Both the position numbers and the translations under genes were made by a program. A stretch of 64,000 nucleotides of DNA, taken from an uncultured Clostridia bacterium. GTDB lineage: Bacteria > Bacillota > Clostridia > Christensenellales > CAG-314. Location of the stretch: assembly GCA_947629985.1 (NCBI GenBank), contig CANRFV010000001.1, positions 49,329-113,328 of the forward strand. Direction: 5' to 3'. A model generated the notes under the pieces. That model did not search any database and was not told where the DNA came from. It saw only the letters and a program-made list of their open reading frames with translations. Of the stretch, positions 17,790 through 26,533 are shown piece by piece. Numbering within the stretch: the stretch's first letter is position 1; the number at the start of each line of letters is the position of its first letter.

Positions 17790-19024
17790 TCACTACCTCC
17801 TTCTCCTGCGCTCTCGTCTGTTCCACTATCTGACGATTCGCTTGATGAGCCATTTTCGCTTTCCGTGTATTTATCTCCGCTTTCGTCTGATGAATCGCTG
17901 CTATCCGACCCGCTCGAACCGCCGTCGCCATCCGAGTGCTTATGGTGTCTGGCGGCGTGAGCGATACCTTTAATGCCTTTCGCCGCTAAGCCTATCGTCA
18001 TACCACCAATTATTCGACCACCGTAAAATGCGCTTCTGAGGAAACTGCCTCCCGCATGCATATCGTCTGCTTGACCGAATAGCCTTGCAAATAATGTTTG
18101 ACCGGCAGGAATAACCATTGCACCACCTATAATCATGAATATCGTGAACATCGCGTTCCCGAAGCCACTCACGTTCGGCAAACTCATCTGCGAAATGAAT
18201 GGTAGTATCAGGACAAAGATGTTCACCGACAGAACCGCACCGTAAGCAAGAATGATTTTTGTAACAAACTGCTCTCGCCAATTTTTGAACCTTGCCCCAT
18301 CGTCGAGTGCAAGCGTTGACATAGACACGGGCATACAGAAGTATAGGAAAATGATTTCATATACTCTCTTTGCAAGGTTGAGAGTAGCCACGATCAGAGC
18401 AATGCACAGTGCTACACCTGCAATCAATGCAGGCAAGTACATAAACGTATTCGGGTTGACCATACCATTACACTTCCACGATGTGGGCCATATTCCAAAG
18501 AGTGCGGCATTATAGCCGCCGAAGATGTCGCTTACCGAGTAGGAAGTGATATTGATTCCATTGATCGAATGTCCTTTGAGCCAATCTCCCACACAGGCAT
18601 CGAATATAGCGTTTGAAAGTTTTGTTGTGTTCCCAATTTGGAAAATCTCTGCAAGCAGTTGCAACAATGCTCCCGAAATCATAATGCCGAGAAATACAAC
18701 AGCAAGCATCGCCATTGTGCCGAGAAGCGCAAGGAAAAACTTTCCGACTATTGTTGAAATATTTTTGTTGTTGGCTATCATATTCTTCACGAGAGCGACA
18801 ATGGTAAATATACAAGTTAATCCAACGGCGAGAATGAATATACACCAAAAGATTGTTCCAACGGTCGAATCTCCAATAAGAAACTCAATGATATTTATGT
18901 GCTGTCCGTGATAATTGATAGAAGCCACACCCGAAATCGCGGAGAATATTTCCATTGTTCCATCGATGAGTTGCAACATCCATAAGAATAATTGCAATCC
19001 GATCTCTTGAAAAAATATTAACAT
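17786..19024 (-). CDS. VirB6/TrbL-like polytopic channel protein with a Ser/Asp/Gly-rich C-terminal tail
   Basis: The 412-aa ORF has at least 6 TM helices and a low-complexity acidic tail (GGSSGSDSSDSSDESGD...). It sits between the pilin-like gene and virB4, with a 4-nt overlap with virB4. Confidence 0.6.
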   Translation of the reverse strand: MLIFFQEIGLQLFLWMLQLIDGTMEIFSAISGVASINYHGQHINIIEFLIGDSTVGTIFWCIFILAVGLTCIFTIVALVKNMIANNKNISTIVGKFFLALLGTMAMLAVVFLGIMISGALLQLLAEIFQIGNTTKLSNAIFDACVGDWLKGHSINGINITSYSVSDIFGGYNAALFGIWPTSWKCNGMVNPNTFMYLPALIAGVALCIALIVATLNLAKRVYEIIFLYFCMPVSMSTLALDDGARFKNWREQFVTKIILAYGAVLSVNIFVLILPFISQMSLPNVSGFGNAMFTIFMIIGGAMVIPAGQTLFARLFGQADDMHAGGSFLRSAFYGGRIIGGMTIGLAAKGIKGIAHAARHHKHSDGDGGSSGSDSSDSSDESGDKYTESENGSSSESSDSGTDESAGEGGSE

Positions 19025-19049
19025 AATACCTCCTCTTTCCGAAAAGTTT

Positions 19050-19073
19050 GGGCGGCGAGTTACCCCGCCGCCC
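19050..19073 (-). promoter_or_regulatory. GC-rich hairpin between the pilin-like gene and the VirB6-like gene (possible partial terminator/attenuator)
   Basis: The 8-bp stem gggcggcg / cgccgccc has an 8-nt loop. On the minus strand it is followed by aaactttt and then the GAGGAGG RBS of the next gene. Confidence 0.4.
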
Positions 19074-19081
19074 GTTTACAG

Positions 19082-19378
19082 TTAAGCACCTACCCAAGCG
19101 GATAAACCGTTGATAAGAAGCGGCGCGCCCATAGCGACGACAAAGATTATCACTATACCGATTATTAAATTCTTGACCATATCGCGGGCGTTAATCTTTT
19201 CCTCATTACGGTGTGCAATTGCAATTTTTATGCCAATATACGCACCCCAAATGACTACTACCGCCGCGAGTGCGAGAACAATATAGATCCAAAATGAATC
19301 CATAAGAGCCTTGATTTTTTCTACGATTTGCGAAAGACTGCCATTCAGTCCTTCATCTGCTGCCAAAAGATTTATCAT
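19082..19378 (-). CDS. VirB2/TrbC-like (pilin-type) small two-TM protein
   Basis: The 98-aa ORF has two hydrophobic helices separated by a charged loop (IVLALAAVVVIWGAYIGIKIAIAHRNEEKINARDMVKNLIIGIVIIFVVAMGAPLLINGLSAWVGA). Its architecture, its C-terminal G-A-P-x-L-I motif and its position before the VirB6-like gene all resemble VirB2/TrbC. Confidence 0.55.
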   Translation of the reverse strand: MINLLAADEGLNGSLSQIVEKIKALMDSFWIYIVLALAAVVVIWGAYIGIKIAIAHRNEEKINARDMVKNLIIGIVIIFVVAMGAPLLINGLSAWVGA

Positions 19379-19403
19379 AGATAACTTATTTTCTCCTTTA
19401 TTT

Positions 19404-21047
19404 TCAATTTTTGTTGTTCTTTTTCTTCTTGATGATGAAATATGCCGCTATGCCTCCGCCCGCAAGGACAATAAGCACGATGAACAGAATGATTGACGTT
19501 ACACCATTATTCTTGTTGCCACCCTGCACTTCTCCCTCGTCGGGATTTACAGGTTCATTCGGTTCATCAGTATCGCCGGGGTTTTCGGGCGTTACGGACG
19601 AATCAGGCTTGTCCTGCTCATCGGGAGTGTCGGGATTGTTTGGATTGCTTTCATCGGGGTTTACGGGAGTATCAGGCTTGTCCTGCTGTTCAGGCGGATT
19701 TTGTTCATTCGGTTTTTCCTCTTGATCGGGTTTGTCTTGCTCGTCAGGGGGTGTTGTAGGTTGATCGGAAACAGTGGGCGCTTGCTCGCTAATACCGCCC
19801 GATGTGAGCCAAAACGTTTTGAGTTCGATCCCCTTTTCATCTACGATTTTCACTTCATACATTGCGTTCAGATCGGAATAAAATACCTGTCCATACGCAT
19901 TGACTTCAAATGGCACAAAGTTCGTTCCGTCTTTCGAGCCAAGAACACTCAAACCACTACCGCGGACATTACCGCAGTTACAAACGCGAAGCACAATAAA
20001 GAATCTCTCTGCTGTATTATCTTGTACATAGAGTTGATATGAGTGTACATGTGGCTCTGTGGGTTCGACGGGTTCGGGAATATAACCTGTATCGCCGCTT
20101 GTTACGATGTCGGAGATAAAGCTATAATTACATTTGATGCAAATATGTCGTGTATACCCTACGCTTTCGGGCGTTGCTTCTACCATAACGTGCAAATACT
20201 CATGTCCCGTAGGCACTTCATAGTCCGATACAAATCGGTCGTTGCAGACGGAACAGATATGCTCCGTGTATCCGTAACTCACACAGGATGCAGGCGTAGT
20301 CGTCAAAACATAATCATGTCCAAGTTTATCTGTGTAATCACCTATGTAGCTATCTTCGCAATTCACACATGTATAGGTCGTATAACCGCCCGTTGTACAA
20401 GTGGGTTCTACAACAGCTTTTCCGTATTCGTGTTCAAACGCATCCATGAAATTGTCATTGTAGAAATATCCGCAGACCGAGCAGGTGTGCTTCGTGTAGC
20501 CCTGTGTAGTACAAGTCGCAGGATAGGATTCTTCTTCATAAAGATGTCCCGTCTCACTTTGATAGCTGTCCGAATACTCGTAGCCGCATGTAGTACAGAA
20601 ATGAGTAGTATATCCTTTGTGAGTACAACTTGCAGGCACAACAATCTCCACGAACCGGTGTCCGAGTTCCGCCGATGTCATGACTTCATATTGGTCGCCA
20701 CACTTTTGACAAGAATAACGAATACATCCTTTTGTTGTACAAGTCGCAGGAATCGTCAGTTCAGTATAATCGTGCCCACTCGCCTTAGTATAATTATCCT
20801 GTTTTGTTTCACCGCAAATAGAACATGTATAAAGCGTATAGCCTTGTTCCGTACACTTCGCAGGAACGATTTGCGTTTCTTCAAATTGATGTTTACAATT
20901 CGATTGTGCTACTGATAGCATATATTGCGGCGATTCGATTCCCGCAGCATTTGCATTAGACGGTGCGTTGCCAAGCGCAAATGCTATGCATACAAACAAC
21001 ACTGAAATAAGTATGCCATACAATAGTCGTCTTTTCAGTTTTACCAT
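19404..21047 (-). CDS. Membrane-anchored His/Cys-repeat array ectoprotein with a Pro/Asp/Glu-rich stalk
   Basis: Signal peptide, about 8 units of the same H...C...CxxC repeat (e.g. GHDYTELTIPATCTTKGCIRYSCQKCGDQYEV), a beta-rich domain and a ~90-aa linker (PPDEQDKPDQEEKPNEQNPPEQQDKPDTPVNPD...). The C-terminus is a TM segment plus the KKKKNNKN stop-transfer sequence. Confidence 0.85.
   Translation of the reverse strand: MVKLKRRLLYGILISVLFVCIAFALGNAPSNANAAGIESPQYMLSVAQSNCKHQFEETQIVPAKCTEQGYTLYTCSICGETKQDNYTKASGHDYTELTIPATCTTKGCIRYSCQKCGDQYEVMTSAELGHRFVEIVVPASCTHKGYTTHFCTTCGYEYSDSYQSETGHLYEEESYPATCTTQGYTKHTCSVCGYFYNDNFMDAFEHEYGKAVVEPTCTTGGYTTYTCVNCEDSYIGDYTDKLGHDYVLTTTPASCVSYGYTEHICSVCNDRFVSDYEVPTGHEYLHVMVEATPESVGYTRHICIKCNYSFISDIVTSGDTGYIPEPVEPTEPHVHSYQLYVQDNTAERFFIVLRVCNCGNVRGSGLSVLGSKDGTNFVPFEVNAYGQVFYSDLNAMYEVKIVDEKGIELKTFWLTSGGISEQAPTVSDQPTTPPDEQDKPDQEEKPNEQNPPEQQDKPDTPVNPDESNPNNPDTPDEQDKPDSSVTPENPGDTDEPNEPVNPDEGEVQGGNKNNGVTSIILFIVLIVLAGGGIAAYFIIKKKKNNKN
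20110..20895 (-). repeat. About 8 tandem coding repeats of the H-C-CxxC module
   Basis: Units include KHQFEETQIVPAKCTEQGYTLYTCSICGETKQDNYTKAS, GHRFVEIVVPASCTHKGYTTHFCTTCGYEYSDSYQSET and GHLYEEESYPATCTTQGYTKHTCSVCGYFYNDNFMDAF. Confidence 0.85.
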
Positions 21048-21061
21048 TGTTTTCTCCTTTT

Positions 21062-23290
21062 TTATTTATTTTTAGCTGCCGCTTGCAAATAATTAAGTTT
21101 CGCAAGCGCCGTTTTAAGATATTTGATGAATTCGCGAAGTTTCTGTTCTATACTTCCCTCGTAATTGTCTGAGATAGCATATAGGATCATCTGCTTATCT
21201 TCGAGTTTCGCTTGCTTCAATGCGATAGCGTCTTCTTCCGCAAGCACATCGCATATTTTCAGAACTTTTGCGTGGATTTCATCGACAATTCTGTCCCATT
21301 CATCATCCAGTTTTTTAAGACGTTCCACTTCTTGCTCTTTGTCAATCTCTTCTTGCGCCGCTTCTTCTTGTTCGCGGCGCTCAATGCCTTCAAGCATCAT
21401 CTCTTCCTCTTTTGCTTGATTACCACCGAGAATGTCAAATACATACTCTCGCTTGTCGAACAGTCGCGCTTCTCTCTTTCCGATATCCGCTTTGCCTGCC
21501 GCGAAATACACGTCTTTGAGTTCATAGGACGGCGTAAACTTCGTCCAAATGGGTTCATATCCACGAACGGACACGATGGCATCTCCCTTTTCGTCGCCGT
21601 TAAGCCGTTCAAGCATACCGACCGTGATAAGCGGTTGATTGCTTGCGCCGGTGTTGCTTGACGCAGGATTTTCGGCGTTTGTGTTGACCGAGAAGTTTTT
21701 GATTTTCTTCTGTCCGCAAAGGTCGCTGAACTCTTTTCTCGTTTCGGGATCGTCCGAGCCAATGAATATTTTTACATTGCAATTAGTTTTCAAAATATCC
21801 CCGATGTCCCTGCCGTACTTCGCCGTAAGTTGACTGAACGATTGCAGAACGAACAAATAGCGTATTCCTCTCGAACGTCCGACCGTAACCATGCCTTCAA
21901 TGTATTCGAACTTCGGCAAATTGCCGAACTCATCAAGAATGAAGTATGTTTTTCGTTTTAGGATCGCCGTCTCGGTCTGCTTGCGCCGCAGGTTGAGATT
22001 CGCCTTTTCGACCAACTCCTTGTACATTTGCGTTACAAACAGCGTTACAAAACGATGTCTTGTAAAGCGTTCATCAGGGACGATGATAAATACCGCATTC
22101 GGTTGTTCGTCCATGTTTACGATATCAAGGTCGTTTGCGCTCGTCATTGACAGAATGCCGTCGTCCGAAAGTTGCTGTATGTAACTGTTGACTTCGGACA
22201 GGTAGCTCGTGAGCGTTTTATCCGATGTAATAAGCACAGTATTGACAAGTCCCCTTACTTTGGAATACTCATCTCTCCCTTCAAGCAGATAGGTTTTGAG
22301 TGCCGTCGTATCCTCCGAACAATACTTTGTTATGTTATGGTAGACGTTGAAGAGTTGCAGTTGCTTCTCATCCATTTTGCCTTTTATAACGTCCTCGCAG
22401 AACGCAAGCACAAGTCCGAATATAAGGTTTCGTGCGCCCTCTTCCCAAGTGGGTTGGTCTTTGTTCTGCACGGGACACAAGGTGTACACCAAGTCCATTG
22501 CGTTTTCGTAGATTTCGTCTTTGAGTTCTTGCACCCTTGTCCGCGCATCTCTATGGGACAGGAACATCTCTTCGCCCGCATAATACTTGCCGTCTTTTTG
22601 AATGAGGTTGTTTTCAAGTTCCTTTACCATACGGATGCGGCGAAGTAATACTTCCATAGGATTCCACCTTGCCGACGAATACGGCTCTCGCAGGTCGAGG
22701 ACAGAGATTTTGTACCCTTCCGATTCAAGTTGTTTAGCGTGTTTCTCATAGAGTTCCTTCTTGGGGTCAGCGATGACGATTGACGGCTTTCCTTTGCTTC
22801 GTCCGAGAATTGCAATATTCTGATCTACAAATCCCGTGGTCTTGCCGCTTCCCGTTGTACCAACTATAAGCGCATGAAGTTGGCTTGTTGAAATTATTTC
22901 CACGTCGCCCTTTTTCGTCTTTTCCGCGCCGATCACGATTTCATCATCGTGTTCCTTTACGCCGTTCCAAGTCGTGACCGTAAACTCTTTCATCTTTCGG
23001 AGTTTCTTTGTCGTCAGCCATTCGGTATCTTCGAGGTCGTTCTCTCGCATCGCTATGTTCTGTGCGTCAATACGATACATAAACAAGTAGCCGATAAGCA
23101 ACAAGCCGTTCACGACGCCTACTAAGAGCCAATAGTTCCTATTGCCGAAAATGCCGCTAATGTCTTTCCCGAACAGCGAGAAGATAAACGCTATGAGAAC
23201 AGCGACGAACACGAACAGGAACAGCCATACGAACAATCCCGCCTTGCGTGATTTTCGTTTCTTATGTTTGAATGCCTCGTTTCTATTCAT
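21062..23290 (-). CDS. Type IV coupling protein (VirD4/TraG/TcpA family)
   Basis: Two N-terminal TM helices, Walker A VGTTGSGKTTGFV, Walker B YFILDEFGNLP, and a C-terminal acidic coiled-coil extension. Confidence 0.92.
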   Translation of the reverse strand: MNRNEAFKHKKRKSRKAGLFVWLFLFVFVAVLIAFIFSLFGKDISGIFGNRNYWLLVGVVNGLLLIGYLFMYRIDAQNIAMRENDLEDTEWLTTKKLRKMKEFTVTTWNGVKEHDDEIVIGAEKTKKGDVEIISTSQLHALIVGTTGSGKTTGFVDQNIAILGRSKGKPSIVIADPKKELYEKHAKQLESEGYKISVLDLREPYSSARWNPMEVLLRRIRMVKELENNLIQKDGKYYAGEEMFLSHRDARTRVQELKDEIYENAMDLVYTLCPVQNKDQPTWEEGARNLIFGLVLAFCEDVIKGKMDEKQLQLFNVYHNITKYCSEDTTALKTYLLEGRDEYSKVRGLVNTVLITSDKTLTSYLSEVNSYIQQLSDDGILSMTSANDLDIVNMDEQPNAVFIIVPDERFTRHRFVTLFVTQMYKELVEKANLNLRRKQTETAILKRKTYFILDEFGNLPKFEYIEGMVTVGRSRGIRYLFVLQSFSQLTAKYGRDIGDILKTNCNVKIFIGSDDPETRKEFSDLCGQKKIKNFSVNTNAENPASSNTGASNQPLITVGMLERLNGDEKGDAIVSVRGYEPIWTKFTPSYELKDVYFAAGKADIGKREARLFDKREYVFDILGGNQAKEEEMMLEGIERREQEEAAQEEIDKEQEVERLKKLDDEWDRIVDEIHAKVLKICDVLAEEDAIALKQAKLEDKQMILYAISDNYEGSIEQKLREFIKYLKTALAKLNYLQAAAKNK

Positions 23291-24610
23291 TCAGTCTTTG
23301 TAATCCTCCTCTTTCTTCTTTTTTTCATTTTGTTTTCTCTCGCGCTCCATTTCATCTTCAATGTCTTGCAGACGGTGAGAAAAATCGCGTTCGAGCAATT
23401 CACTTTCCTGTCCCAAAGTTGCAAAGAATTTTCTACAAGCACGGTTGACCATTTTGCGTGATATACTGAGCCGACGTTTCAAAGCCGTATCGTTTGGCTT
23501 TGTGATTTTGCTCTTGTATAATTTCGGCTTTATATACTTCGCAAATTTAAGAACAAGATTTCCCTGCCGTCGCTTGTAATCTTCTTCCAACTCCTCAATG
23601 ATGTGGATGTTCTTCTCGTCGATTTCGTTATGATATTTGGGCAAGTCGTTTTCCATAGCCTCCGCCGAAACGCTTTGGTTGGAAAAGGCGAAAGGCTTTG
23701 TGCCGCAAATATTTTGGATTTTATTTTTCCTTTTCTCAACCGCCTGCTGAAATTTTATGTTTGCCACCCGCGCCCGCCCATTACAAGACAACAACATTCG
23801 CACTATCCTGTCCACCCTATCGCGATACGGCATCATATCCTTGCTTCCATAGGTCAATCGTCCCGTACTCGGCAAATCCTTTGCAAGAGCAATGATTTCC
23901 TTTTTTACATCTTCATCGAAAGACACCACTTGTTTTATGCCCATTAACTCGCGCAACTCTTTGATCGCTTTGTCGCGGGCTTTATACACTCGGTCTTTGT
24001 CACCGTCCAAAAACAATGCTGTTCGGACGAACAAATTGTTTATCGCTTTCTTTTCGATTTTGCCCCTGCGCCGATATTGCAGATTGCCGTTCTTGTCCTT
24101 GAACTTTGGCTCTTTCTCCCAAAAGACAAAGTGAATATGCAAGTGTTCTGGTCTATCCATGTGCAGAGCACACATAAGGTCAACGTTATCCTTGCTGAGT
24201 TTTGCATCCGAAAAGAATTGCGGAAACGTTCTCTTTACAAGTTCAATACACTTTTCGGGCGTGTCGATCTTGTGCGATTTCTCGGCATTGATTGAAATGA
24301 AACCGTGCCATATATTTCCCTCATTCTTTTCAAGTCGCGCCTTCATAGCCGCCACTTCATCTTTGGGTATAACGCCTTTGTCGTTGAACACTCCCGTACT
24401 TTTTTGCAGATACTCGAACGCAGTCAGCTTCTTTGTCTTTTTGCCAGTCTGCTTTTCTTCCGTGGTTATGTAATCGAAGATGTTTTTGCCGCCCGACATA
24501 TCGTAGAATGCCCGCTCGCCTGCGTGTTTTTCTCGCTCTTCTGCGGTCGCCGATTTCGGCAAACTGTATGGTGTATATTGAATATTGATTACAACCGGTT
24601 GATTGCTCAC
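23291..24610 (-). CDS. Relaxase, MobL-like
   Basis: The 439-aa ORF has an N-terminal Tyr-containing region (ERAFYDMSGGKNIFDYI) and the histidine cluster ALHMDRPEHLHIHFVFWE (HxD...H.H.H type). It lies immediately downstream of a small accessory gene and upstream of the coupling protein. Confidence 0.7.
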   Translation of the reverse strand: MSNQPVVINIQYTPYSLPKSATAEEREKHAGERAFYDMSGGKNIFDYITTEEKQTGKKTKKLTAFEYLQKSTGVFNDKGVIPKDEVAAMKARLEKNEGNIWHGFISINAEKSHKIDTPEKCIELVKRTFPQFFSDAKLSKDNVDLMCALHMDRPEHLHIHFVFWEKEPKFKDKNGNLQYRRRGKIEKKAINNLFVRTALFLDGDKDRVYKARDKAIKELRELMGIKQVVSFDEDVKKEIIALAKDLPSTGRLTYGSKDMMPYRDRVDRIVRMLLSCNGRARVANIKFQQAVEKRKNKIQNICGTKPFAFSNQSVSAEAMENDLPKYHNEIDEKNIHIIEELEEDYKRRQGNLVLKFAKYIKPKLYKSKITKPNDTALKRRLSISRKMVNRACRKFFATLGQESELLERDFSHRLQDIEDEMERERKQNEKKKKEEDYKD

Positions 24611-25080
24611 TTCTTCTTGCCACCGATATTTTTAAGTCCTTTCAGCTCATAGCTTTCAAGGTAATCTGGAGTCCCCGAATATCCGCCCACTGCAAACTCT
24701 TTGCCCGAAACAGTTTCGCCGTTATAGCCCTCTTTACAGGCATTGAATATGGACGAGAGCATAGATTTGTTTATAGTTTCGTTAAGAACGATCTCTTTGA
24801 GAAGTCTGACGATTATTTGATAGAACTCGTTGTTCGCGCCGTCATCTCTCACCTGTTCTCGATGTCGCTCATAGGTTTCAGGTATTTCGTCTTGCACATC
24901 TCCAAATAACTTTTTATAGAGAATAGGCAGTCCATAAAACAATGCGTCGTTGATGATCAGGTTGAAACTTTTGCTATATTTTTCGATTTGAGATATATTG
25001 TCTATTTGTTGCCAAAGTCCCTCGTCCGTTATGCGGATATACCGCCTTGTGCGTGTGTCTGTCGTACTCTTTTTTGTCAT
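24607..25080 (-). CDS. Hypothetical protein, possible relaxosome accessory factor
   Basis: The ATG at 25080 follows GAGGGAGG. The N-terminus RRYIRITDEGLWQQIDNIS...FNLIINDALFYGL looks ribbon-helix-helix-like. It has a 4-nt overlap with the relaxase gene. The track start at 25200 is an upstream extension across hairpins. Confidence 0.5.
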   Translation of the reverse strand: MTKKSTTDTRTRRYIRITDEGLWQQIDNISQIEKYSKSFNLIINDALFYGLPILYKKLFGDVQDEIPETYERHREQVRDDGANNEFYQIIVRLLKEIVLNETINKSMLSSIFNACKEGYNGETVSGKEFAVGGYSGTPDYLESYELKGLKNIGGKKK

Positions 25081-25096
25081 AACCTCCCTCAAAGGA

Positions 25097-25138
25097 AAGC
25101 GGGTTTCCCGCTTGTCCTTGCCCCCTTGTCGGGGGCAA
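25097..25138. promoter_or_regulatory. Two adjacent GC-rich inverted repeats: candidate oriT and/or terminator of the methylase gene
   Basis: IR1 is aagcggg ttt cccgctt (25097-25113). IR2 is ttgccccc ttgtc gggggcaa (25118-25138). Both lie in the only sizeable non-coding gap upstream of the accessory-protein/relaxase genes. Confidence 0.35.
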
Positions 25139-25196
25139 CTCGAAAGTGTCAAAAACAAAGTTGTGGCACTTTCCTTATCCTGCCTCCCGTTTTTCC

Positions 25197-26201
25197 TCAA
25201 TGTGCAACATTTCCCCCACCGTTTTTCACAGCCGGATTTGTTCCAATCTCAGTCGTTATTTCAGGGATTACTTTGTCTATTCTCTCCTGTGCTTTTTGCA
25301 CATATCTCTCATTTAGTTCAATGCCGATATACTCCCTTCCAAGTCGCTTAGCGACAGCTCCCGTTGTTCCGCTTCCGAAAAAAGGATCGAGAACCACACC
25401 GCCGATTTTGCTTCCTGCAAGTATGCAAGGCTCTATGAGTTTTTCGGGGAACATTGCAAAATGTTCGTCCATTTTATAGCTGTTTGTGCTGACCTCCCAC
25501 ACATCGCGTTTGCGCCGGTATTGTTGGTCAAAATGCGCAAAGTCTTTCGTAGGATTTGAAATTCCCTGTTGTGTTGCATACTTGTTTCCATTGCCTCGTC
25601 CTCGTTTATAACGCGCTTTGCTTACTTCTTTCAAAGGCTCTTGAATAGCCTTATAATCAAAGTAATAATGCGGTGCTTTGGCAAGCAGAAATATATGTTC
25701 GTAACATTTCGTCGGTCTGTCTTTTATGCTTTCGGAGAGGCAATTCATCTTGTGCCAAATGATGTCCGAACGCAGATACCAACCGTGCGCCCGAAGCGCA
25801 AATGCAAGCATCCACGGTATGCCAATCAAATCTTTTGGTTTGATGCCACTCCACTTTTTTGGCACTTCGTAAATTCGATTCTGCATATTGAACACGTCTT
25901 TATTTTTGCCATTAGCAGAAATCGTCATTGGACCTTTTCCACTGCCGGCATAACTGTCCCCAATATTGAGCCAAAGCGTACCGTCATCTGCAAGCACACG
26001 GTAGACTTCATCAAATACGTTTACAAGCCGCGCTATGTATTCGTCGGGCGATTGCTCAATCCCTATTTGTCCATCCACGCCATAATCGCGCAGTCCGTAA
26101 TACGGCGGACTTGTAACGCACATGTTCACGCTACCTGCGGGGAGCGTTTCCAAACACTTAACCGCATCGCCACAAAGCAATTTACTTGTTGGTTTGTCCA
26201 T
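25197..26201 (-). CDS. Orphan beta-class N4-cytosine/N6-adenine DNA methyltransferase
   Basis: Motif IV is CVTSPPYYGLRDY near the N-terminus and motif I is VLDPFFGSGTTGAVA near the C-terminus (circularly permuted beta order). No cognate endonuclease lies nearby. Confidence 0.88.
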   Translation of the reverse strand: MDKPTSKLLCGDAVKCLETLPAGSVNMCVTSPPYYGLRDYGVDGQIGIEQSPDEYIARLVNVFDEVYRVLADDGTLWLNIGDSYAGSGKGPMTISANGKNKDVFNMQNRIYEVPKKWSGIKPKDLIGIPWMLAFALRAHGWYLRSDIIWHKMNCLSESIKDRPTKCYEHIFLLAKAPHYYFDYKAIQEPLKEVSKARYKRGRGNGNKYATQQGISNPTKDFAHFDQQYRRKRDVWEVSTNSYKMDEHFAMFPEKLIEPCILAGSKIGGVVLDPFFGSGTTGAVAKRLGREYIGIELNERYVQKAQERIDKVIPEITTEIGTNPAVKNGGGNVAH

Positions 26202-26514
26202 TTTTATCTTTCTTAGAAGTTACCACAACTGTTTCTATCAGCATGCCCAGGTTATTTGCGACTTTTTGTTTTTGTTTAATTTCCGCAAGCTTTTCCGCTC
26301 CTTTTTTGCCATTTACGGCATTCATTGCAGACACGTCAAGCTCACGTTTGACGTAAATATAAACGCCTTTGAGATATTCATCTTTCGTGTTAAGTGGCTT
26401 GCCGTCAAAGACGTATCCGCACACACCTTTGATAAACTCGCCAGCCTGCTTGTCGGTCATGTCGCGCATGACTGTATAGAAATTTCTTTTGAATTTGAAG
26501 TTGTTGCCTTTCAT
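26182..26514 (-). CDS. Small hypothetical protein (DUF6291-like by recollection)
   Basis: The ATG at 26514 follows GGAGAAAAA. The sequence FKFKRNFYTVMRDMTDKQAGEFIKGVCGYVFDGKPL...NGKKGAEK matches a pattern common in phage and ICE leading regions. Confidence 0.4.
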   Translation of the reverse strand: MKGNNFKFKRNFYTVMRDMTDKQAGEFIKGVCGYVFDGKPLNTKDEYLKGVYIYVKRELDVSAMNAVNGKKGAEKLAEIKQKQKVANNLGMLIETVVVTSKKDKNGQTNK

Positions 26515-26533
26515 TTTTTCTCCTTTTTTTGTA

